Assembly (NCBI RefSeq): GCF_036588685.1
Contig: NC_086374.1
Span: forward strand, 13,888,001 to 13,952,000
Source: Mytilus trossulus
Taxonomy: Eukaryota
Reading direction: 5' to 3'
Length of the DNA stretch: 64,000 nucleotides
Shown: positions 54,255 to 64,000 of the stretch, piece after piece
How positions within the stretch are numbered: position 1 is the stretch's first letter
How the letters are laid out: each line of letters begins with the position of its first letter
Translations under genes and position numbers: made by a program
Notes under the pieces: model-generated
Seen by the model: only the letters and a program-made list of their open reading frames with translations
Told to the model about the DNA's origin: nothing
Database searches by the model: none

Positions 54255-55810
54255 ATTTACATGTTATCCCTCTATACCAACATTCCAAATGAAGATGATA
54301 TTGAGACCTTAAAGGAAGTTTGTAACTTTGGCAATATTTTGCACGTTTCAAATACCGACTGACTGATAAATCCAGCTTCTCACTAAGGTGCTGAAATACA
54401 ACAACTTTTCATTCAGTCTATCTCTAGGTCAATTGAACGGCAGTGGGAACAAAGATGACCCCGTCCTTTGCCAATATGTTATTGGGAAAATTGGAACAGT
54501 TAATTCAAGATATTTCTCTTCACCAACCTTATTCTTTGTTCAGATGTTTTGACGACATTAATTTAAAGTGGAATCATACTGTATAAGAATTTCATGTTTT
54601 CATTAATCATGACACCAACGTTCATTCCTCGATTAAATTCACTTATGGAATTTCTGCCTCTAAGATAATATTTATTGCCACTGCTTCACGAGAGAAACAT
54701 GGAACTATATCTACAGATCTGTATTACTTGCCTACAGATGTACACCAATGTCTTTAGCCTCAACGTTGTATTCTAAAACACTGTATCAGGAGCATTCTTT
54801 ATAGTCAAGACAATTAGGAATACGCGGGTAAGCGCCACCAATGATACTGTGACAAAGCAATCACAAGAAATTCACGACAACGTCGTGACAAACAGGGGCT
54901 TTTCTCGTGCTGATAACATCAGCCGATACGAACGTTTTTAGTATTAAGGCGTTTGTGTCGACGTATCCACCACAATTTATACATTGTTTTATTATTCGAT
55001 TTTGCCATGTGTTTATGGGCTTTCCGAATTGATTTTCCTCTAAGTTCAGTATTTTTGAGATTTTTCTTTTTACCTTATATACGCAATAACTGGAAAGGCA
55101 AAGACAATCCTTAAAATTCTAAGATCTTTCACGATTATGATACATCTGTACTGTCTTTCGTAGTCCCAAAAGTCTTAAAGATGTGCTTTGAGAGCTAACT
55201 GTAAACCAACTTATTTTCGCGGATACTTTATTTCGCGATTTTCGAATTAACTTGATGTAGTTAAATAAGGAAAGATCCAAGTTATACATATTCGCAACGA
55301 ATAAAATTCGCGTTATTTTTTTAATCGCGAAAATAAATCGGTCTCGAATATAAGTTGGTTTACAGTAGTGTTATCTAAACAGGACTCTCCCTCAGCATGC
55401 CCTGGAAACAACAAGGTCTGACTTGCAAGCATATAAAAACTGCACAACTACATTTAGACTTTCAACAGTCACTTAACTTATCAGAAGTACATCTACCTAC
55501 ACCGTTTTAGAAATGTTAGTTGTAAGAGTACATACACTGTGTACATGTATCTTCTTCATTGTATATGTGTCTACCAGCATGTTGTCGAGTCAGAACCATT
55601 TCACAAACGTCTGCATGGTCATCGTGGTGACTATTGTTGTACACCAGATTTCCCTCTCAGACGACATTTGAGATCATCCGGTCACTCGTAGACAGATTTG
55701 AACCGACTGACTATTACTATCATTGACCATAAAACATCATAGCACAGAGAGGAGAGTTCATCTAGAAGGATATTGGATCTGGGAGTTAGAAACGTTGGAA
55801 CTAATTGAGA
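54255..55810 (+). mobile_element. Heavily degraded Penelope-like element, RT plus C-terminal GIY-YIG
   Basis: 'SLYTNIPNED', 'LKYNNFSF', 'AVGTKMTPSFANMLLGKLE', 'FRCFDDI', later 'MYLLHCICVYQHVVESEPFHKRLHGHR'. Confidence 0.8.
55199..55365. mobile_element. Small TA-type MITE nested in the Penelope-like element
   Basis: 'ctgtaaaccaactta' and 'taagttggtttacag'; internal TTCGCGA repeats. Confidence 0.85.
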
Positions 55811-57068
55811 TCAGTAAGAAAGGGGTAGTTATTTTCGAGTTGTACTAGTAGGTGTCCCTCCAGTTTGAAACTACGAACTCCCGTCGGTAGTCCGTACTTC
55901 ATTTGAATCACATGTGCCAAAGGTTATAGAAAACAAAAAAACTGCAAACTGTACGTGTATTCTTTGTTGTTAATTTGTATGATATTCAAGATTATTGAAT
56001 TGTTCTTGTAATATTTGTTCAAATCGATGTTTGGTGTTTAATTTGTATAACGTTCAAGATTTGTGAAAAAAATAACAATAGTTGATGTAACCATTTAACA
56101 TCAGGCTAATACTGTATTTGTAGATACTAATTGCATTTTAATTTTCGAATTATTGTTTATATACCACGGTTTAGATGTTACGGTACACTTATTAGACGTG
56201 TATACAACGAATCTCTTCATATATGAGAATGTCTGCAAGATTCACCAGTTATGGTTGATAATCGCTCGAAAGGTGTAACCCGAATGTTAAATAGTATTTG
56301 TTTTTCTGTCATTGACCTACTAGTATACAGAATATATCGTAGTCCATGTATAACTATAAATGTAATATTTACTGGGCAGTTTAATTAAAGGTTGGGCTCA
56401 TGTCATATATCATGGGGCGATTCCAGGTTTAAAGGGTAACCCGTTTTTGTTGTGTAGAAAAACATACGTATAAAACTTCGTATATGTTTTCCAAGCATTT
56501 GTGGGAAATCTCATCATGTCAGCTGTTGTAAGAATTTTCTAACGTGATCCCTTCTGTATCCATTTAAATTGCGAAATTTTCGAACTGCAATCAAATCAAA
56601 ACAGAAAAGATACTGAAAAAATAAAGATTAGCCATTATGTACATATACCAAGGGGAAACTTCATGCACAGCATGAATATTCATCGTTTCATTTCATTTTT
56701 TTTAGAAAATGGGATTTTCTGGCAAAAAAACCTCACAATATTTTCTTCTTTAATACAGATTTTGTTGCTCACTTGTTTATTCTGTGATTTGCTGGGTTTA
56801 TGGTTCACAAAACGTCATAAGCAGCCTTTAAAATCTCAAAATATCGTGCCAAGTCAGCAAAAGGTATACTTGAAATGACCCATAATTTTATTTGATTTAA
56901 CGAACATCTTGATTTATGAACTTGCAATGCATGCAATTATCCTTTAATTATCAAGCATTGAATTACATTAAATGCGTGTTATTTGGATTTGTTCAGCTCA
57001 AAATCATTATGCAGCTATGGGTGAACGCCTGTTGTATGGAAAATTGAACTAAAACAAATAATGAATAA

Positions 57069-57595
57069 TTAAGGTTCATCATAACAAATGGACAAATATG
57101 GCCGTATTTTTACCTCAAAAACTACTCTGTGTACAGACTCACCTGTGCTGTTTGAAAAGTTTTAATGCCTAGCATCCACTAGATATATAAAAGTTAAATG
57201 CATTTTGTGTTTAAGAAAGATAAAATCTTTCTTGGTTTTTGCTGGGCATTTTTTTCCTTTCTTCAGAAGGTGCAAAAATAAACAAACACCTGCATTACTT
57301 TGATACTGTCCACTCACTGACTCAGATAAACTCTTTAACTCACCTATAGTTGTAAAGATACCTGGTGTCTATGGTCAATTAAGGACAATGAAAACAATAC
57401 AAACCGGTTTTTTTGCCCATCAAAATCCAAAAGAGATTTTATCTTTCTGAAACACAAAATGGATTTTTTTTTTTTTTATATCTACTGGATGCTAGGCATT
57501 AAAACTTTTCATACTTTACAGGTAAGTCTGTACTCAGAGTAATTTTTGGCATGTAAATACAGCCATATTTGTCCGTTTGTTATGATGAACCTTAA
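57069..57595. mobile_element. Second, inverted copy of the 37312 TTAA MITE with an internal deletion
   Basis: Same TIRs and TTAA flanks; internal sequence is the reverse complement. Confidence 0.92.
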
Positions 57596-57624
57596 ACAAA
57601 TTTTGTTTCTGTTCAAAGCATATT

Positions 57625-58140
57625 ATTTCGGAAGAATAAAAATAGGTTCCTACAGACTTGTAGCTACTTGTTGCTGTCGGGTAATCAAACAGGAATGAGT
57701 CGTTTGATTTTCCGGCTATTATTTTCAAGAATGAAATCGCCACCTTTCTCTCTAAGATTCGTTTTCAACAATAACGCAAGAACTTCAGGCGGATATTATG
57801 TCCGAACAAACCAATCTATTGCAAATGTCTTATAAAAAGGCAAATCGAGACCAAAGAAAGAGTGGCGCAAATTTTACTTTTGCTTTTTGAATAGCAGAGG
57901 ACTACTGCCATGTATATGGAGTGCTAAACAGTAGTATACTGTTTCCGACATTGAACTAAAGTTTGGATTTTGGACACCCTCCAACCATTGAAAATGGTCA
58001 ATTGCAGACACTAGACCTTTCTTGTGAAGCTGTTCTTAGCAATACGTTGTGAGTAGCTTCTGGGCCATAGCAAACATAAAAATTTGTAGGATTTACCAGT
58101 TTTTGTGATGACTTAAAAAAAAATGAAACAACATTACCAT
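57625..58140 (-). pseudogene. Diverged second copy of the 'GGDFILE' exon
   Basis: Aligns with 59210-59680 (shared 'ttcaagaatgaaatcgccacctt', 'cgcaagaacttcaggcgga', 'attgcagacact'); translates to 'KFAPLF...GGDFILENNSRK...LQVCRNL'. Confidence 0.8.
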
Positions 58141-58389
58141 CTATCAAGTGTAACATAAATTATCTATAAAATATGAACAAAACTAATTGAAAATTAAAAC
58201 GTTTTGCGTCATTCACTTTTAGTATTATCCTTACTGATGTTCTTTATCAATTATATCGAAAAGAGTATATGTAACAATAAAAGTAAAAGCATGTTTGAAA
58301 AGACTAGTTTCAATATTCATATGTCACACCACCCTTAAAACAAAAATAAATATCTTTTCTATTATAAATCATATTCGACTTGTAATTGT

Positions 58390-61300
58390 AAGAAATGTTA
58401 GAAAATCAGCTTTCGTCTTTCGTTTGATCTTTGTCAATTTTTTTTTTTAATATTTGTCACCCATTGATTTCAGTTTTCGTTTTATTTGATACAGCTTCGT
58501 CATTTGGTCGATCATCAGGCAATACAAAAACCAGTTCATACTTCTTCTTAGTGCTTAGTGGAATATCATGCAACCACAAAAAGTATTATCGCCGATGTTC
58601 ATTGGCGTTTTTTCAGACATGTTGATGAAATTGTTGACGAGGTCATTTCCACTTATTGACTTTAGAGTTGGTTGCTAAGAATTTAGAATTTTTGATAAAA
58701 GTTCGAACGTTTGAAATTTCTCTATTAATGTTATAAGCAAACATAATTTTCATTCGCAGAAGCCAAGCAAATTGGACAGCGAGAAAATTCACCTTGAAAT
58801 CATATTCTTATGTCGTTTTAAGGAAAGTATAATGTTCCGCAGTTACAAAAAATATCGTTCAATTTCTCAGAACACTTGCAATGAAGAAGTCGCCTTCTTC
58901 GTTCCCGAACACACAATGTATCAAAAATGATTTGACAAGGACAAAACAGACACATTGACCCATGATGTCGGCCCACAGTCTACACAATGTTTCATCTCCG
59001 ACTGTAACGACATAAGTGATGATTGCAATATTTGCAATGAGTTGAAATTAGACCAGCGTAATATTTTAGTTGGATGCAGATCAAAATCCCCATGTAGCTA
59101 CTGGGTGCACGCCCGTTGTATGGGGATTTGTGCCTGAATAAAAACATCATTATAAAAAAAAATCTATCCAAAGCATATTGGTTCGGAAGACGAAATATCA
59201 TATTATTACATTATCGAGCCTGTCCCGTTCCTTTAGACTTGAAACCACTTGTTGATGTCGGTTAATTCAGCGGGAATGGATTTCCGGCTATAAACTTCAA
59301 GAATGAAATCGCCACCTTCTCCCTTAGATCATATAAGATCCGTTATAAACAATACACGCAAGAACTTCAGGCGGACACTGTACCCGTACGTACAAACCAA
59401 TCTCTTACAGATGTCTCCATGTAAAAAGGCATATCGAGGCCTAAGAGAGAGAGACGAAAATTTCATTTTGTTGTTTGAATCGCAGCGGTATTATTTCGCC
59501 TGACCCCTACCCTGAATATATGGAGTGCCAAACAGTAGGTAAATGCTATTTTCGACATTACACTATAAATTGGATTTTGGACACCGAAAACCACTGAAAG
59601 TAGCCTATTGCAGACACTGGACCTTTCTTTTCAGCTGTTCTTTGCAATATATTTCACAATATTACCATCTAACATGTGAAACATAAATTATATATAGAAT
59701 ATTTACACAATTTTTTTTTTAGTGTAAAACGTTTTACGTCATGCACTTTTTCTATTTAAATATATTTTTAAAAAAATATTTCCTTTTGCATTTTTATTTT
59801 TCTGTGTAAAATTGAAATTTAAAAGGAAAAACACCCTACCATTTGTAAAAGTTAATTTTCAATTTTCTAAAAGTTGGATTAAAACTGGTAAGTAACTTTT
59901 GATGTTAAACTATTTATTTCAATAAAATACATACTAGTAGCATCTTGACACGCTTGTAGAGCTTTAATGGATACAAATCCTAACATCTTTGCTAGGTCTA
60001 TGAGCGGCATCCCACAGCATTTTGAATAAAGCTTTGACCATATATATTTCATAATGACCTGGTCATGCAACAGGGAAAGAAACCCACTTAACTTTCAAAA
60101 TGAAATAAGAAGGTGTTGTATGAATGTCAATGAAACCAAATTCATCCAAGACAAAATGCAGTTTAAGTAAGCCATTAGAGGTTACAATCTTCAATGTGAT
60201 GTCTTTGCAAACGTCGAACAGTTACATAATTAAAACTTAACAGGAAGTAAAAAGGTATTGTTGTACTTTCAGCAGTTTTCAACTAGAGTCATTTGACAAT
60301 GATCTCTTTCTTTTATATGCTCTAGGAACGCTTCCTCTTCCTCAAATTTCATTTCACAATCATAAAAAACTATGTGATTGTCACTGACTTCGTTCCCTAT
60401 TGTGTAATGCAGAGCGTCGCCAAGAATTGTCCATTTTGTGTTTGATAGTGTCAAATTTTCAATGTGTTATAATACATAAAATACAAATTTGAAGGTAATT
60501 TAATGTATACTATTCATTTTCTTGCATTTAAACTGTTTTATTTGGGAAATATAATTAGGAAAGAGTGATAAACGAAGTATTAACTATCTGTACGTACCAT
60601 TTCGACATATTCACAAGAACATGGTCTCTCAAAGCACGGGTCTCCCATTTTCACTTGGATATTTCATCTGGATGGCCACTAGTTACAAAGTTGAACCATA
60701 TATATATAATGGCACACATTAAATAATGATATCAGTGGCGGATTCAGAAATTATCAAACGTGGGGACCCACTGACTGCCTTAGAGGAGGCTCCTTCAGTC
60801 ATTAATTCCAACTTAAAAAAAAAAACACTCTACGTTTACCTCAACATCCAACATCCAAAAAATGATTTAATATCCAAAATACTATAATCGGACGATATAT
60901 ATACCTATCATGTGGGTTGCAATCTTATCCATGTTCCCATCTTCAATTGCTAATCCATCACACATAACTTTAAGTTGCTCTTCTACAAACTGGTTTCTGA
61001 AGATATTACTATAACATTTTTTTCTTAATATATATATATAAGTCTACAAGTCTACTTTTAAAGGAGAATAATGTATCTAACCTAACAATAACTACATGGT
61101 TCAGCGAACAAGCTAGCTAACCAAAGATATGTGAAAGTAATCGTAAAAGAAATGAATTGAAACCATTTAAAAAAAAAATACTTATTGGTATGAATTGTAG
61201 CCAGTTCATTTGTTGATGATGAATACAAAATACTTCCTTCATTAAAGTGCACTCCAACTTTTAATTTGTCAAATAATGACGATACATATCTATTCATTAA

Positions 61301-62964
61301 TAAGACATTATTACCGAAACTTGCAAAAAGCCACATCCTCTTGTTGAAATATGGCTAAAATATCGCCTATATGGCTTTATTCTTTGAAGTCTGGTCAAAC
61401 TTCAACCAGTTTCTTGGAGTGAATTTATCTTTAAATTGTAACACAATATTTGGATTTGGCATGACGTGGATGCTGTTGGTTATTACGCTGTTTTCCGATT
61501 TAAAATTAGTTACAACTCATCACTTTCTCTGTAATACCTGTAAAACAAGTATACAGTATAAGTTTGCATACATTCTAAAAAGTAAAATCACAAAAATACT
61601 GAACTCAGAGGAAAATCAATTTGGAAAGTCCATAATCACATGGCAAAATCAAAAAAACAAAACGCATCAAAATGGAATGGACAAGAACTGTCATATTCCT
61701 GACTTGGTACAGGCATTTTCAAATGTAGAAAATGGTGGATTAAACCTGGTTCTATAGCTCTAACCCTCTCAATTACACATACTTTGATATTGTTATGCAG
61801 ACGAGTGTTATATATTTTCAACTTTGTTTACTATACTAATTACCAAATTAATAATGTAGTCAATGAAATATTAATCCACTGTAGACAACAGGTGACTGTA
61901 TATGGATTATAAATTTGTTAATTATAAGAACTACCTGATTGTTGTCAAAGAGAGTAATAACGTCTATTTCTTCAGGGCACTGCAAAGCTTCCTTGCTATA
62001 TTATTTGATCCAGTTAGTAACTGTGGTATAGCTGCCAGATGGACGACCAACCGAATTTAGATTAACTGCTGTTTTGCTGCCAGTGGTGTAGTATGTCAAC
62101 AAAGATTGAACTACACCAAGAGACAAAATGAACACAGAATTCCTCAAGTAATAAATGGCATCTATACATCTGGCTGTGTACAGGGCAGTGTTGTTTTAAG
62201 CTGGGTTGTCGTCAATTATTCTATTTCAAAAAATGTTGTTGACCCAATTTCTGCAACACACATACTCTTAATAGGATATTGAAAAAACCAAAATATACCA
62301 TCACCATTATTGAAAAGGGAAACAATTTGCATCATTGGATTTAATTCTCAGCCATTAGACTTGTGTTTTAATGTTATACCTCTGTCCCAGCTTAAGGGGG
62401 GTGTTGGGATCCCGCTAACATGTTTAAACCGGTCACATTCTGTATGTATGTGCCACGCCTAAGTCAGGAGCTTAAATAGGGCCGGTATGTTTCTAGTTTG
62501 AATTGTTCGACATTGTCATGTCGGGACCTTTTATAGCTGACTATGTGGTATGACCTTTTTTCATTGATGAAGGCCGTACAGTGACATGAAGTAAGTTGAT
62601 AATTTCTGTGTTATTTCTGTCTCTTGTGGAGAGTTGTCTCATTGGCAATTATACCACATCTTTTTTTTTTAAATTATGAGAATCTTTATTTACAATAGTT
62701 CAAATATACAAGAACATTGATTTCATCCTATCATAATCATAAGTACTCATAACCTAACTGTAACGATGAAAGATTCCAGGTATTCATCATCGTTAAATTT
62801 TCCAGCGATATTATCTGAATCCTCGTAAATGACTCTGCTTTGGTATATCCCTATTGCTGTGACAAGTTGTTGCTGTTCAATAGAGCATTCACCCCTTTTA
62901 AAAGTGAAATAACTGCTTGCACCGCTTCTTCTGACAAATCACTCTTGTTTATTTTTTTGGTAAA
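58390..62964 (-). pseudogene. Decayed multi-exon DDE transposase-like gene (Academ/DUF6589-like)
   Basis: Ordered minus-strand segments: 'PSGSYTTVTNWI...DVITLFDNNQ' | GT-AG intron | 'VLQRK**VVTNFKSENSVIT'; 'MGDPCFERP'; 'WTILGDALHYTIG'; 'PGHYEIYMVKALFKMLW..LAKMLGF'; 'GVRRNN...KGEGGDFILE'; 'LKSISGNDL'. Confidence 0.7.
58955..59137 (+). pseudogene. PHD-finger-like fragment
   Basis: 'CNIC...ILVGC....CSYWVHARCMGI' fits C4HC3 spacing, truncated by a stop. Confidence 0.7.
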
Positions 62965-62979
62965 CTGGAAATTTATAAA

Positions 62980-63117
62980 AAAAAATGACCACATTATTTG
63001 ATATTCATGTCACCACCAACACCGAAGTGTTGACTAATAGGCTGATAATACCCTCGGGGAAGAAACGTCAACCAGCAGTGGTGTAAATAGTTATCAAAGG
63101 TACCAGGATTATAAATT
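62980..63117 (-). repeat. Inverted fragment of the retrozyme repeat, covering the part missing from 51669-51968
   Basis: Reverse complement joins 'ttataatcctggtacctttgataac' (end of the 51.9 kb unit) to 'ttcggtgttg...gacatgaatatcaa..taatgtggtcattttt' (start of that unit). Confidence 0.8.
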
Positions 63118-64000
63118 GAGAAACCTTTGAAATTTTATTAACAATATATAAAGTGCAGGTTTAATTTAAAATCTTTCTTCGTTAAATATATAAATATAAA
63201 CAAAAGCAAAGGTTAAAATAAGATTTAACAAAATTAAGATAGACACAAAAAAAATTAAACTACTAGACTTACTAGCAGTGGAGACTGGAATAACTAGATA
63301 ATAGAAAAGGTAACCTGACTAGGTTTGAAAACTGGTCTTTGATCTGGATGATGCGTTCATGTTTTAGTCATCGGTTTTAAGTGAAGTTGTCGAAATCAAT
63401 AAATGCAGGAGCCTAGATAGTATTATGTTGTCTGAGTCTGATCTGAAAAAACGATCAGGTCTACTGATATTGCCTGGAAAACAGGCTGATATTACTGAAC
63501 ATGGTTAAGAGGTCGCACATCACGTAGAGTGTGTAGATGAAGTTCTGTCAGTTTTTAGAAAAAAGTTCTTTTAGTTGTAATATTTTGGACGTGACTCCGA
63601 CTCGGTAATTATCCTGCTAATGGGTTTTGATTTTAACGTTCTTAATGCAGTTTTTTTCAAGGTGCGGCTCGGTCACACGAGGCTTTTTACAATGATGTTT
63701 TCAATTTGATTCCCTCATATATCTTTCTTTTAATCTATATCTGTCAATTTATTGTCAACTACAAAAGCGTATTGTGTGTATAACAATTTAGAACTATATA
63801 GTTATTCGCATTGTGTGTCTGTGATGTATGTATGTTAGCTGTTGAATCCCAAGAATTCTCGCACAACTAACAATGACGGTTCTAATTGTTCCGCACTAGG
63901 TGCACGTTTGCTTACTTCATTTCGTCAATACAACGGAACTACATTCGACTGTTATGTTAACATGTCGGTGTTGACATGAATATCAACAATATGTTATTTT

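Noticed and set aside
61371-61757. 128 aa plus-strand ORF
   Set aside because: Chimera of the antisense of a transposase exon and an intronic high-copy repeat.

Overview
AT-rich eukaryotic DNA, most likely a bivalve (Mytilus-like, inferred only from recognisable repeat families). It is almost entirely decayed and nested mobile DNA. I see no intact host gene, rRNA, true tRNA or CRISPR array. Main contents: (1) a degraded CR1/L2-type LINE (about 1.8-4.9 kb); (2) a near-identical ~7.5 kb tandem duplication (4773-12283 and 12284-20251) whose copies differ by a 1 kb versus 1.45 kb swap; (3) a tRNA-derived SINE with TSD; (4) many TIR elements/MITEs of several superfamilies, including a 5.3 kb non-autonomous element hosting a young RTE-X-like LINE; (5) a Gypsy integrase fragment; (6) several Penelope-like RT fragments plus a retrozyme-type repeat carrying a type I hammerhead ribozyme; (7) at the right end, a decayed multi-exon minus-strand gene whose reconstructed protein looks like an Academ/DUF6589-type DDE transposase with zinc-finger pieces, mostly invisible in the ORF track. 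All translations were done by eye, and family assignments are from motif recall, not database searches.
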